Shown: piece by piece, positions 1 to 10,488 of the stretch
How positions within the stretch are numbered: the first letter of the stretch is position 1
How the letters are laid out: each line of letters starts with the position of its first letter
From: an uncultured Clostridia bacterium
GTDB taxonomy: Bacteria; Bacillota; Clostridia; Christensenellales; Borkfalkiaceae
Assembly: GCA_947629665.1 (NCBI GenBank)
Contig: CANREJ010000001.1
Span: 31,235-95,234 of the forward strand
DNA length: 64,000 nt
Direction of reading: 5' to 3'
Made by a program: the position numbers and the translations under genes
Notes under the pieces: model-generated
The model's database searches: none
The model's input: only the letters and a program-made list of their open reading frames with translations
Told to the model about the DNA's origin: nothing

Positions 1-2460
1 CCCGACGGTCAAGGAGACGTGCAGGGCGGAGGCCAAGATACCCCGCCCGACGGCGGTCAAGGCGGTGAACAGGGAGATGGGCATGACGAAGGCGGCGGAA
101 GCGAGCCTACACCAACAATTTCTCCCGTTACTTTGCACCTGAACGGAGGAAGTATAAAAGAGGGCTATACCAATTTTTATAATTACGTTGAGGGCACAGT
201 TACTTGCTTGCCGCAGGTTGAAAGATTGGGTTATACTTTCGGCGGCTGGTTTGACAATGAAGAGTTTAACGGTAATGCCGTAACGGAAATTCCCGCGGAC
301 GCCACGGGTGAAAAGCACTATTATGCAAAGTGGATAGAAGATGTCGTTCAAAAGACTGTAAAATATACGGTAATTTTTGACCTTAATTATCCCGACTCGC
401 CCGCGCCCGAAACGGAAATAGTAACCGAGGGAGATTTGGTAGCCGAGCCGGATGAAAAATCAAGACCGGGATATAAGTTTATCGGCTGGTTCCTTCAAAG
501 TATAGACGGCACAAAATATAATTTTTTGCAACCGGTTATGGGCAACTTGAATTTATATGCCCATTGGGAACCCGAAATTTATGGTATTACTTATGAATTA
601 TTCGGCGGCACGATAAACGACGGCAACGTTACGTCATACACCTACGGGTCTGTAACAAAATTGCCGACGGACGTTACTAAGGAAAAGTCAATTTTTATTG
701 GTTGGTACAACAATGAGAATTTTGAAGGCGAGGTAATAACCGAGATAACAGAAACTTCTATTGGCGACAAAAAATTTTATGCGTGTTGGAAAGAGGAGCC
801 CCAACAACCCGAAGAGCCCGATGTACCTGAACAACCTGATGACCCAAACAAGCCTAACCAACCGGAAAATCCCGATCAACCCGAAGAACCCGAAAACGAT
901 TTTAAAATTACGGCTTCGGGCGGCTATGAAGAGGGAGCTTTTGTTGAGGTCCCGCTTCTTGCCGATACAACGGCGGCAGATTATGCTGTGTTTTATAAGG
1001 CATTGGACGGGAGCCAATTTACCGCAATTGACCAAGAACTTGTGCGCGTAAACAATAATGTTGTCCGCGCCGATATTCTTGGGCTTTCGGCGGGACAATA
1101 TTCTATACAAGTTGTGGTAAACGGCAAAACGGCTACTGTTACGGTAAACGTTTCAAAACACGACAGATCGGGCTATGCCCACTGGATGTATTACGAAGGT
1201 ATAGGCGCATATAACGATGACGGTACGCTAAAAGATGGCACGCTGGTGGTGTATGTAACCGAAAATAACAAAAATACCGTTAAAGCAAGGATTAAAACAG
1301 AAAGAGGCGAAGTTGAGTATACGGGAATAGTAAATATTCTACAAAAAATTTCCACATCCGTCGTTCCCGTTGTGATACGCGTTATTGGTTCGGTTGCCGC
1401 TCCGCAATGGAAACGGATTGAATACGCAAACGGCGGCGAAGTTTTGCAAGAACTCACAATAAATCAAACGCTTGGTTCAACCGAAGATATTATCAAAAAC
1501 AACTTAAATACCTTGGAAGACGGCATCGAGCCGTTGGATAATATCGGCAATAAACTTATTTGGCAAAATAACGAATATACCTGTGAATGGAATAATTGCA
1601 CAATTTCGGGAGCAAACAACGTAACTATTGAGGGGATTGGCACAGACGCAACAATTTATCAATGGGGCTTAACCTGGTATGAATGTAGTTCAATTGAAAT
1701 CCGCAATCTAACTTTTGAAGGTTATCCGGGGGATGCTTGCAGTTTTGCGGGCAATAAAAGTTCTGCAAACAGGTTAACAAACGCCGATAATTTTACGAGC
1801 AAATATTTTTGGCTTCACAATTGCACTTTTAATTCGGGAAAAAACAATTGGGATGTTACTTCCGGACAGGATATGCATAACGGCGGTGTTGCTACCGAAT
1901 TTAAATATCTTTCCTATGCAACAGTATCATATGTGCATTATAACAATACTTCAAAAACCTGCATTGTTGGGGAAGATGACATCAGCCGGACGGCAAGTTT
2001 AACGTTCCACAACAATTATTATGATAATAGCGCGCTGCCCTTGTGCCGTCAGGCAAATATTCACATGTATAATAATTATTTCGGCGGCTCAACGGATTAT
2101 GGGTTATCTATCCGCGCAGGTTGCTACGCCTTCATTGAGAATTGCTATTTTGACGGTTTAAACAATCCCATAACTACGCAAGATGGCAACAATAAAAAGG
2201 GCATTGCAAAAGTTTATCAAAGCGTATTTAATAAAAATATAGGCTACGACTATTTAAACAAAACGGTATTTGTTGTAAACAGCAGAACACAAACTGTGCA
2301 AAGCGACAATATTTTCGGTGAAAATTTCGATATAAGCGACGGCAATTTTTATTACGATTCATCAAAAAAGGCAACGCGGCTGGACTTCGGGTTTACCATG
2401 CTGACAGCCGAGCAGGTAAAAACCGAGGTGCCCAAACTTGCAGGCGTTCACAAAAATTAA
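1..2460 (+). CDS. Secreted multidomain protein, 5'-truncated by the window edge: three Listeria-Bacteroides (InlB B-repeat-like) repeats, a P/E-rich linker, and a C-terminal beta-helix/pectate-lyase-like domain
   Basis: Frame 1 is open from base 1, with no stop before the GTG at 19. Three ~70-aa repeats carry GW(F/Y) and end in (Y/L)YA(K/H/C)W. The C-terminal part has beta-helix-like strings NVTIEGIG, IEIRNLTFEG, FHNNYYDN. Confidence 0.7.
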   Translation, partial: PDGQGDVQGGGQDTPPDGGQGGEQGDGHDEGGGSEPTPTISPVTLHLNGGSIKEGYTNFYNYVEGTVTCLPQVERLGYTFGGWFDNEEFNGNAVTEIPADATGEKHYYAKWIEDVVQKTVKYTVIFDLNYPDSPAPETEIVTEGDLVAEPDEKSRPGYKFIGWFLQSIDGTKYNFLQPVMGNLNLYAHWEPEIYGITYELFGGTINDGNVTSYTYGSVTKLPTDVTKEKSIFIGWYNNENFEGEVITEITETSIGDKKFYACWKEEPQQPEEPDVPEQPDDPNKPNQPENPDQPEEPENDFKITASGGYEEGAFVEVPLLADTTAADYAVFYKALDGSQFTAIDQELVRVNNNVVRADILGLSAGQYSIQVVVNGKTATVTVNVSKHDRSGYAHWMYYEGIGAYNDDGTLKDGTLVVYVTENNKNTVKARIKTERGEVEYTGIVNILQKISTSVVPVVIRVIGSVAAPQWKRIEYANGGEVLQELTINQTLGSTEDIIKNNLNTLEDGIEPLDNIGNKLIWQNNEYTCEWNNCTISGANNVTIEGIGTDATIYQWGLTWYECSSIEIRNLTFEGYPGDACSFAGNKSSANRLTNADNFTSKYFWLHNCTFNSGKNNWDVTSGQDMHNGGVATEFKYLSYATVSYVHYNNTSKTCIVGEDDISRTASLTFHNNYYDNSALPLCRQANIHMYNNYFGGSTDYGLSIRAGCYAFIENCYFDGLNNPITTQDGNNKKGIAKVYQSVFNKNIGYDYLNKTVFVVNSRTQTVQSDNIFGENFDISDGNFYYDSSKKATRLDFGFTMLTAEQVKTEVPKLAGVHKN
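793..897 (+). repeat. Low-complexity P/E/Q/D/N-rich interdomain linker inside the first CDS
   Basis: Translates to EEPQQPEEPDVPEQPDDPNKPNQPENPDQPEEPEN. Confidence 0.8.
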
Positions 2461-2470
2461 CCTGATAAAA

Positions 2471-2506
2471 AGGGCTTGCCGAAAGCAGAGCGGCGGGTCC
2501 TTTTTT
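2471..2506 (+). terminator. Probable intrinsic terminator of the secreted-protein gene
   Basis: An 11-bp stem (agggcttgccg / cggcgggtcct, with G-U pairs) is followed by TTTTTT. Confidence 0.5.
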
Positions 2507-2519
2507 ATGGCGCTAATTA

Positions 2520-2548
2520 TTGCAAAAAATTTTTAGCGGTGCTATAAT
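2520..2548 (+). promoter_or_regulatory. Sigma-A type promoter for uvrC
   Basis: TTGCAA, 17 nt, TATAAT, located 15 nt upstream of the uvrC ATG. Confidence 0.5.
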
Positions 2549-2563
2549 GTAAAATAGGTTAAT

Positions 2564-4375
2564 ATGGACGTAATAAAGGAAAAATTAAAACTGCTTCCCG
2601 ATAATCCGGGAGTATATATTATGCTCGACAAAGATTCCAATGTAATTTACGTTGGAAAAGCGCGGGTGCTAAAAAACCGTGTGCGCCAATACTTCCATAA
2701 TTCGCCAAAACCGGAAAAAGTTACCAAAATGGTTGAAAATATTGCAGATTTCAACTATATAATAACTTCCTCCGAAATAGATGCGCTTGCGCTTGAAAAT
2801 AACCTTATAAAAAAATACAAGCCAAAATACAATATCCTTTTAAAGGACGATAAAACTTATCCTTATATAAAAGTTGATACAAAAGAGGAGTTTCCAAACT
2901 TTTATATAACACGGAAAATCAAAAAAGACGGTTGCAAATATTTCGGTCCGTTTATGGGCGGAATAAATTGTAAGGATATTTTGGACACGCTGCAACTTAC
3001 TTTTTGCGTGAGGTTATGCCACACTGCAATCAATTCAAAGCCTAAACGGGAATGTTTGAATTACCATATAGGCAGATGTTCCGCGCCCTGCGCAGGCAAA
3101 GTTACAAAGGAGGAATATGCCGCCCAGGTTAAAAAAGCACTCGACTTTCTTGACGGTAATTTGAAAGAGGCGGAAGATCTTCTCAAAACCAAAATGTTTG
3201 CCGCGGCGGAAAGCGAAAACTTTGAGCTTGCGCTTGATTATAAGAACAAACTTGATATGCTTTCCAAACTCGAAGCAAAACGTCTTCCTTCCCTGAACAA
3301 AGCCATTGACGCGGATATTATTGCCTATGCAACCAACAATCTGTATTCTGCGGTAAACGTGCTTGTTACGAGAAAGGGCATAATGCAAGGTGGAAGCAGT
3401 TTTGCGCTGGACGAGGCACATATGTCGGACAGCGACGCGCTTACGAGTTTTATTTCACAGTACTATCAACACCATGAGCCGCCTTCGGAAATAGTCGTTG
3501 AAGAATTTTGCGAAAAAGAGCTACTGCAAACCTATTTTAAGCAAAAATTCGACAAAACAGTTGAAATTACCGTTGCAAAGCAGGGCGATAAATTTAAATT
3601 GCTTAAAATGGCGCAAGAAAATGCGGCGGAATATCTTGAAAAGTCCGTTGACAAAATCAAGCATAAGGATGACATGACTATTAATGCCTGCAAGAGGCTG
3701 CAACAGCTTTTGGGGCTGAAAAAATATCCCAGGAGAATGGAGTGCTACGATATTTCCAACATAAGCGGAGTGGATAAAGTGGGTTCAATGGTAGTGTTCA
3801 TAGACGGAGAAGCGGACAGGAACAGTTACCGCCGCTTTAAAATTAAGACGGTTGAGGGCGCCAATGATTTTGCCTCGTTGCAGGAAGTTTTAACCCGCAG
3901 GCTCGATAAGCTCGGCACGGACGAAGAGGACAGGTTTCCCAAGCCCGATTTGGTAATAATCGACGGCGGCAAGGGACAGCTTTCTGCGGTTAAGGAAATA
4001 TTCGATAAAAAGAATATAGGCGGTATCGAGCTTGTTTCTTTGGCCAAGCGGGAAGAGGAAGTATTCACCCTGAACGCCGACGAGAGCATAAAAATATCCC
4101 ACCGCGACTATTCGCTTAAAATGTTGCAGAGGATACGCGACGAGGCGCATAGGTTTGCCATAACGTATTTCAGGAATATCCACTCAAAACGCAATTTAAG
4201 CTCCGTACTAACCGAAATAGACGGCATAGGCAAAGTAAAAAGAATGGCGTTACTTCAAAAATTCGGCAATCTCGATAAAATTATGGCGGCAAGCGAGGAA
4301 GAACTTGCCACATGCGAGGGAATCAGTCCCGCGCTTGCAAAAAAAATCAAAACCTACCTGGAAAATAATTTATGA
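2564..4375 (+). CDS. uvrC: Excinuclease ABC subunit C
   Basis: 603 aa. N-terminal GIY-YIG (PGVYIM...VIYVGKA...LKNRV), a UVR domain, and a C-terminal endonuclease plus HhH region. Confidence 0.95.
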   Translation: MDVIKEKLKLLPDNPGVYIMLDKDSNVIYVGKARVLKNRVRQYFHNSPKPEKVTKMVENIADFNYIITSSEIDALALENNLIKKYKPKYNILLKDDKTYPYIKVDTKEEFPNFYITRKIKKDGCKYFGPFMGGINCKDILDTLQLTFCVRLCHTAINSKPKRECLNYHIGRCSAPCAGKVTKEEYAAQVKKALDFLDGNLKEAEDLLKTKMFAAAESENFELALDYKNKLDMLSKLEAKRLPSLNKAIDADIIAYATNNLYSAVNVLVTRKGIMQGGSSFALDEAHMSDSDALTSFISQYYQHHEPPSEIVVEEFCEKELLQTYFKQKFDKTVEITVAKQGDKFKLLKMAQENAAEYLEKSVDKIKHKDDMTINACKRLQQLLGLKKYPRRMECYDISNISGVDKVGSMVVFIDGEADRNSYRRFKIKTVEGANDFASLQEVLTRRLDKLGTDEEDRFPKPDLVIIDGGKGQLSAVKEIFDKKNIGGIELVSLAKREEEVFTLNADESIKISHRDYSLKMLQRIRDEAHRFAITYFRNIHSKRNLSSVLTEIDGIGKVKRMALLQKFGNLDKIMAASEEELATCEGISPALAKKIKTYLENNL

Positions 4376-5193
4376 ATATAAATTGCGGACTCATAGTTTC
4401 GGATTTTGACGGGACATTAATTGACGACAAACAGCAGATATTGCCCGAAGTACGGGATACCATAAACGAATATGTTGCATCGGGCGGTATTTTTGCCGTA
4501 TGTACGGGCAGAATGTTAAGCTCAATATTGCCGCAGGTACGCGCACTCGGCTTAAAAGGGCTTGTAATTGCGTACCAAGGCACAGTTATTGCAGATATAG
4601 ATACGGGCGCGGTGATTAAAAACGGCGGCATGGATTATTCCTGCGTAGCCGAAATTTGTGAGAATATAGAAGATTTGGGCTACGGCATAAACGTTTACAG
4701 CGACGAGAAAATTTATACAAATTATCCTTGCGACAATCCTTATTTAACGCGCTATGAAGAAATTATAGGCGTTAAAGCCGTACATATAAACGGAAAAATG
4801 TCCGATTATGTGCGCAGTAAAAAATTATTTTGCCAAAAAGTTTTGAGCATCGTTCCAGAAGATAAAAGAGAGGGGTTATATACCGAATTAAATAAGAGAC
4901 TCGGCGGCCGCTTTGACGTAACGTGTAGCGCAACGGTTTTGGTTGAAATATCACCGATAGGCGATAATAAGGGCGAAGCGGTCAAATATCTTGCAAACTA
5001 CTATAACATTCCCATACAAAAAACAGTGGCAGCAGGCGACAACCTTAACGACCTTTCCATGATTGTTGCCGCGGGAGTAGGGTGCGCAGTAGGCAATGCC
5101 GTTCAAGAGCTTAAAGATGCCGCGGACTTTGTTTCGGTGAGCAATAATCGGGGTGCAATAGCTCAAATTATTAAAAAATTTGGTTTTGTATAG
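4372..5193 (+). CDS. Cof-type HAD-IIB family hydrolase
   Basis: 273 aa. DxD motif (SDFDGTLI) and a C-terminal GDNLNDLSM motif. ATGA overlap with the uvrC stop. Confidence 0.85.
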   Translation: MNINCGLIVSDFDGTLIDDKQQILPEVRDTINEYVASGGIFAVCTGRMLSSILPQVRALGLKGLVIAYQGTVIADIDTGAVIKNGGMDYSCVAEICENIEDLGYGINVYSDEKIYTNYPCDNPYLTRYEEIIGVKAVHINGKMSDYVRSKKLFCQKVLSIVPEDKREGLYTELNKRLGGRFDVTCSATVLVEISPIGDNKGEAVKYLANYYNIPIQKTVAAGDNLNDLSMIVAAGVGCAVGNAVQELKDAADFVSVSNNRGAIAQIIKKFGFV

Positions 5194-5197
5194 TACT

Positions 5198-7357
5198 ATG
5201 TGTGAAATATTAGCACCGTCGGGTGATATTAACAGCGCATATGCGGCAATCAATTCGGGTGCAAATGCCATTTATTTGGGGCTAACCTCATTTTCCGCGC
5301 GCAGTTCCGCCCAAAATTTCGACATGGCCGGTTTTGGCGAAATTTCGCGTTATGCGCATGCGTTCGGCATAAAAGTTTATGTGGCAATGAATACGCTAAT
5401 TAAAGACAGCGAACTGCCGCAATTTTTGGATACGTTGATAGAGGTGTGGAACTCAGGCGCGGACGCCATAATTTTATCCGATATATTTTTGGGTAAATTT
5501 ATTAAGGATAATTATCCTTCCATAAAACTTCATCTGTCAACGCAGGCCGGAGTGTGCAATGTTTACGGTGCAAAGCTCGCCAAAAGATTTGGTTTTGAGC
5601 GTGTTGTTTTGGCGAGAGAAACGCCTATCGATGAAATAAAAAAAATTTCGGAAATTATTGAAACCGAAGTTTTTATTCAGGGTGCGCTTTGTACATGCTT
5701 TTCTGGTCAATGTTATATGTCCTCTTTCGCAGGGGGAAACAGCGGCAACAGGGGCAAGTGCAAACAGCCGTGCAGAAAATTGTATTCCATAAACAGAAAC
5801 GGCTTTGAAGATTTGGCATACAGACTTTCCCTTGCCGATTTGAGCGTTGGCGGCAATATTCGGCAACTTATAGAGTCAGGCGTGTCATCGTTCAAAATCG
5901 AGGGGCGCATGCGCAGACCCGAATATGTTGCCGCCGCCGTCAAATACTATAACAACATATTGAATAAAACCGAAAGCTGCATAGATTTAAGTAATTTAAA
6001 GCGCACTTATAACCGAGGTAACTACACAAAAGGGCTTGCCTTTGGCCAGGATAAAACGTTCATTTCTTCCGATGTGCAGGGGCATATAGGGGAATACGTT
6101 GGCGTTTTAAAGGTTGAAAACGGCAAATATTGTTGTTATAGCAATGAAAAATTCGGTAAAGGGGACTGCTTTAAGGTTTTACGGGGCGGCAAAGAGGTAG
6201 GCGGAGCCGATTTTGTTGAAAACAACGGAAAAACGTTTACGGTAAGTTCGAAAAGCCGTTTGCGTAGCGGCGATAAACTTTTCATTACGACCGACGCTTC
6301 GCTCAACGGCGAGCTTATTGACGGCCACAGAAAGATAACCGTCAAGTTGTCCGTTCGCCTTTGCCGCGGAGAAAGGGCGGAGATTGAGATAGGCAGCTTA
6401 AAGGTGTACAGCGAAGAAATTTTGGAAGAGGCAAACACCCGCCCGCTTACGGATGCCGATATAAAAAATTGTTTCGGCAAAGTGGATAAATATCCGTTTG
6501 AAATCGAATTTATATCCATTGTAACCGACGGCGTGTTTATGCCGGCTTCCGCGCTAAATGCCTTGCGCCGAAAAGTGTATGCGGAGTACTATGATTATAT
6601 TTCCGCTACGGGAAATGTGCAGGTTGTAAAAAATCACTTATTGCCGAAAATTAAAAACGAACCAAACACAAAAATTGCCGTATTTACAACGCAAAATGCG
6701 GACACGGGTGCCGATTTAACTATTTATAAGCCCGATGATTATAATTTTAACGATTGCGGCGATTGCAATAAATTTTTGTTTCTGCCGCCCTTTATGACCT
6801 CCCATGAAATAGAAAAAATCAAGCCAGCAATAAAAAAATTCAAAGGAATTTATTGCGACGGCAGTTGGGGAATAGAGCTTGCAAGTGAACTGCAAATGCC
6901 GTTTTTTGCGGGTTGCGGCATTAATATTTCCAACTCCGTCGATGTGAATTTATGCACGGCGGAATATATTGCGCTTTCCAAAGAATTGACAGTTGCCGAA
7001 CAAAAAGCCTTATCCCGCGCAAACGTGTTTGCGCTTGCGTCGGGCGACATAAAAGTGATGGATTTAATATATTGCCCGTTTGGCAAAAGGTGTGCCGATT
7101 GCGATAAAAAACCAAATTACATTCTAACCGACGAGAACGGCAGAAACTTTCCCCTACGCAGATATAAAACTTCGGTCTGCCGCTTTGAAGTGTTTAACTG
7201 TGCAAATTTGGTAGGCGTTTCGCCCGTGGGCACACTTTTGGATTGCACCGTTTGCGGTAGTCCGCAAAAATTGGTTAAGATAGCCGGAGACGGACAAGCG
7301 CAAATGCAATATTTTAAAAATTACACGCGCGGGCACGCCAATTCGCCCGTATTGTGA
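5198..7357 (+). CDS. U32 family peptidase-like protein (long form with a C-terminal extension)
   Basis: The N-terminus MCEILAPSGD is typical of U32 (ELLAPAG-like), and a Cys cluster (CTCFSGQCYMSS...CKQPCR) is present. I prefer the ATG at 5198 over the TTG at 5180 in the ORF track. Confidence 0.82.
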   Translation: MCEILAPSGDINSAYAAINSGANAIYLGLTSFSARSSAQNFDMAGFGEISRYAHAFGIKVYVAMNTLIKDSELPQFLDTLIEVWNSGADAIILSDIFLGKFIKDNYPSIKLHLSTQAGVCNVYGAKLAKRFGFERVVLARETPIDEIKKISEIIETEVFIQGALCTCFSGQCYMSSFAGGNSGNRGKCKQPCRKLYSINRNGFEDLAYRLSLADLSVGGNIRQLIESGVSSFKIEGRMRRPEYVAAAVKYYNNILNKTESCIDLSNLKRTYNRGNYTKGLAFGQDKTFISSDVQGHIGEYVGVLKVENGKYCCYSNEKFGKGDCFKVLRGGKEVGGADFVENNGKTFTVSSKSRLRSGDKLFITTDASLNGELIDGHRKITVKLSVRLCRGERAEIEIGSLKVYSEEILEEANTRPLTDADIKNCFGKVDKYPFEIEFISIVTDGVFMPASALNALRRKVYAEYYDYISATGNVQVVKNHLLPKIKNEPNTKIAVFTTQNADTGADLTIYKPDDYNFNDCGDCNKFLFLPPFMTSHEIEKIKPAIKKFKGIYCDGSWGIELASELQMPFFAGCGINISNSVDVNLCTAEYIALSKELTVAEQKALSRANVFALASGDIKVMDLIYCPFGKRCADCDKKPNYILTDENGRNFPLRRYKTSVCRFEVFNCANLVGVSPVGTLLDCTVCGSPQKLVKIAGDGQAQMQYFKNYTRGHANSPVL

Positions 7358-7358
7358 T

Positions 7359-9722
7359 ATGGATACCGAATATTTTGCTAAACTCGAACTGAATAAAATT
7401 CTTGCTACGGCCGCAGGATTCGCCTCTACCGAGGGCGGGAAAAATTCGGTTATTAACCGTTGCCCGTCAGCGGATATAGACGAAGTTCGCCGCCGCCTGC
7501 TTTTAACGCGCGAGGGCGACAAACTTTTATATACTTACGGTATAAGCAGGATAGAACAATTCGGCGAAACGGGGGACATTTTGCCAAGGGCGCAAAAACA
7601 CTCCGTGCTTTCTTGCGCAGAACTTTTGACCGTCGGCCGTCTGTTGCGGGCGGCGAGGGAAGTATACACATCCGTATCAAAAATAAACGACGACCAAATA
7701 AAACTTGTGCGCGCGGTTACAGACAGGCTGTATTTTGACCGTGGTTTGGAAGATGATATTTTTGAAAAAATAATAAACGACGATTCTTTGAGCGACAGGG
7801 CAAGCGACAAACTGTATTCCATAAGAAGTAAAATCAAAAGCCTCAACGAAAGGATACGCGAAAAATTAGCCGAATATATTTCAGGCAAAAACGCCGAGTT
7901 TTTACAGGATTCCATTGTAACGATAAGAAACGACCGCTACGTGATTCCCGTCAAGGCCGAACATAAGAGCCATATAAAAGGATTCGTTCACGACCGTTCC
8001 AAAACAGGTGCAACGTTTTTTATAGAACCTGAATACGTGCTGGAACTCAACAACGAGCTTATTGCGCTCACAATCGATGAAAAAGAAGAGGTTGAAGCCA
8101 TTTTGCGCGCCTTATCGCTCCGCGTAGGCACACTGTCAACCGAGTTGCAGCAGGACGTTGAAATTCTTTCGGAGCTGGACGGAATTTTTGCCGTTGCGGA
8201 ATTTGGATATTCGCAAAAATGTACGGAACCCAAAGTAAACGACCGCGGGCATATAAACATAATAAAGGGCAGGCATCCACTCATTGAGAAGGACAAAGTT
8301 GTTCCCGTTTCGCTGGAACTTGGTTTAAATTATAATTTTTTGCTTTTGAGCGGAGCAAATACGGGCGGAAAAACCGTAACTTTAAAGATGTGCGGTCTTT
8401 TTTGCCTGATGGCGGCTTGCGGGTTGTTTATCCCTGCGGCGGAAGGCAGTTCCGTGGCGGTTTTTGACAATATCTTTTGCGATATAGGCGACAGCCAAAG
8501 TATTGAGGAAAGTTTATCTACTTTTTCCTCGCACATTGAAAATATTATAAAAATTTGCAAAAAAGTGAGCAAAAACAGTCTTGTACTTATAGATGAACTC
8601 GGCGGCGGCACCAATCCGGACGAGGGGCAGGCTCTTGCAAAGGCCGTGGTTAAAAGATTGCTCGATATGGGTTGCAGGGGGATTGTTACTACACATTTTA
8701 CACCGCTCAAAGAGTTTGCCTATACGGTGGACGGAATTGAAAACGCGAGCATGGAATTTGACGCGGCAACTTTAAAACCGCTATATACCATAAAAATAGG
8801 GCTTCCGGGTGCGAGTAACGCGCTTGCAATTGCACGGCGGCTGGGCATGGACGAACAAATTTTAACCGCCGCAACGGGATATTTATCCGAGAGCGCGCGC
8901 AATTTTGAAAATGTTGTCCGCCGTGCCGAAGAGAGCAGGGTGCAGGCCGAATTTAAATTGGCCGAAGCCGAACGCATTAAAAAAGAATGGCAAAGTAAAG
9001 TTGAAGAGGCAAATAAACTTACCGACAATTTAAACCGCGAACGTGAAAAGATTGCAAGAATGGCGCGAAGCGAAAGCCGCAGGATAATAAACGAGAGAAC
9101 GGAAAAAGCCGAACAAATACTTTTGGAGATTGAAGAAATATTCAAAAAGCAAAATCTTTCCCAGAGTGATTTGATACGTGCACGCACGCTTAAAAACCGT
9201 ATTGAAGACGCGGCCTATGTGGAAGAAAGCGGCATAAAAAAGCAGAACGACGGTTTTGTACCCGCCACCGAAAATAACATTAAATCCGGCGTTGAAGTGT
9301 TTATAATACCCATGGACACGCGCGGGGAAATTGTAAGTTTCAACCGGGTAAAGGGCGAGGCGGAGGTAAGGTGTGGCGATATTAAAATGCACCTTAAACT
9401 GAAAGACTTGCAGGTAACGGGCGAAAAACAAAAAAGCGAAACTAAGGTTAAAATAGTAAAAAACATTCCAGCCGACAGACCTGTTCTGGAAATAAACCTG
9501 CTCGGTTTAACCGTGGGTGAAGCACTTTACGAGGTCGATAATTTTATAGACAAAGCCGTAACGGATAATTTAGCCGAAATAAAAATAATACACGGCGTAG
9601 GCACGGGAAAACTTAAATCCGCCATTTGGGAACACCTTAAAAGGCATAAAAACGTCGCCGAATACCGCTCAGGTAAATACGGCGAAGGCGAAACGGGCGT
9701 TACATTTGTAAAATTGAAGTAG
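7359..9722 (+). CDS. mutS2: Endonuclease MutS2
   Basis: 787 aa. Walker A (GANTGGKT), MutS domain V, and a C-terminal Smr domain (IIHGVGTGKL). Confidence 0.93.
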   Translation: MDTEYFAKLELNKILATAAGFASTEGGKNSVINRCPSADIDEVRRRLLLTREGDKLLYTYGISRIEQFGETGDILPRAQKHSVLSCAELLTVGRLLRAAREVYTSVSKINDDQIKLVRAVTDRLYFDRGLEDDIFEKIINDDSLSDRASDKLYSIRSKIKSLNERIREKLAEYISGKNAEFLQDSIVTIRNDRYVIPVKAEHKSHIKGFVHDRSKTGATFFIEPEYVLELNNELIALTIDEKEEVEAILRALSLRVGTLSTELQQDVEILSELDGIFAVAEFGYSQKCTEPKVNDRGHINIIKGRHPLIEKDKVVPVSLELGLNYNFLLLSGANTGGKTVTLKMCGLFCLMAACGLFIPAAEGSSVAVFDNIFCDIGDSQSIEESLSTFSSHIENIIKICKKVSKNSLVLIDELGGGTNPDEGQALAKAVVKRLLDMGCRGIVTTHFTPLKEFAYTVDGIENASMEFDAATLKPLYTIKIGLPGASNALAIARRLGMDEQILTAATGYLSESARNFENVVRRAEESRVQAEFKLAEAERIKKEWQSKVEEANKLTDNLNREREKIARMARSESRRIINERTEKAEQILLEIEEIFKKQNLSQSDLIRARTLKNRIEDAAYVEESGIKKQNDGFVPATENNIKSGVEVFIIPMDTRGEIVSFNRVKGEAEVRCGDIKMHLKLKDLQVTGEKQKSETKVKIVKNIPADRPVLEINLLGLTVGEALYEVDNFIDKAVTDNLAEIKIIHGVGTGKLKSAIWEHLKRHKNVAEYRSGKYGEGETGVTFVKLK

Positions 9723-9783
9723 GCAATAAATGCCTCTGTACTTAATATTATATAAATAGTATTAAAAATATAGGGGCAAACTA

Positions 9784-10488
9784 TTGAAAAGCAAATTTAT
9801 ATCCGTTTCCATTAATTTGGCGCTTGCCGCAATTGTTTTGGCGGTAGGGCTTGTTGGCTTTTGGGGCGGCAACGCCGCCGCGGTTTCGTATGAGAACGAC
9901 GTGTTGTATTATTGCGGCGACGAAAATTCTGCAAACGTGAGTTTAACCTTCAACGTATATGAAGGTACGGATAACGTTTTAAAAATTTTGGACATACTTG
10001 ACGAATATAACGCCAAAGCGACGTTTTTTATAGGTGGGGCATGGGCGGACGACAACATTGACGCCGTAAGGGAAATTTACGCGCGCGGGCATGAACTTGG
10101 AAGCCACGGATATTTCCATAAAGACCACTCAAAAATGTCAAAAGCGGCGAATACCGAGGAAATCAGGCCGAGCGTAAAACTCCTGGAAATGATAATAGGG
10201 CAAAAAATAAACCTGTTTGCACCGCCTTCGGGGGCGTTTTCGGAAAACACTATAAATGCCTGCGCGGAGATGAATTTAAAAGTTATTATGTGGAGCCGCG
10301 ATACAATAGATTGGCGGGATAAGGACGTAAAACTTTTGGTTGGCAGGGCAACAAACAATTTAAAAGCGGGAGAGATTATATTGCTTCACCCCAAGGCGCA
10401 GACAGTAAAAGCTCTTCCCGAAATATTAAATTACATAAGAGAACACGGTTTAAACGCCGTTACCGTTTCTCAAAATATAGGAGAATGA
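9784..10488 (+). CDS. Polysaccharide deacetylase (NodB) family protein with an N-terminal membrane anchor
   Basis: 234 aa with NodB-like strings TFFIGGAW, HELGSHGYFH, ILLHP. TTG start with AGGGG upstream. Confidence 0.8.
   Translation: MKSKFISVSINLALAAIVLAVGLVGFWGGNAAAVSYENDVLYYCGDENSANVSLTFNVYEGTDNVLKILDILDEYNAKATFFIGGAWADDNIDAVREIYARGHELGSHGYFHKDHSKMSKAANTEEIRPSVKLLEMIIGQKINLFAPPSGAFSENTINACAEMNLKVIMWSRDTIDWRDKDVKLLVGRATNNLKAGEIILLHPKAQTVKALPEILNYIREHGLNAVTVSQNIGE

Noticed and set aside
688-1457. Nested ORFs on both strands inside the first gene (688-1110 minus, 761-1051 plus, 1191-1457 minus).
   Set aside because: They are embedded in a long CDS with repeat-domain homology. Their translations are low-complexity reflections of the P/E linker and repeat region.
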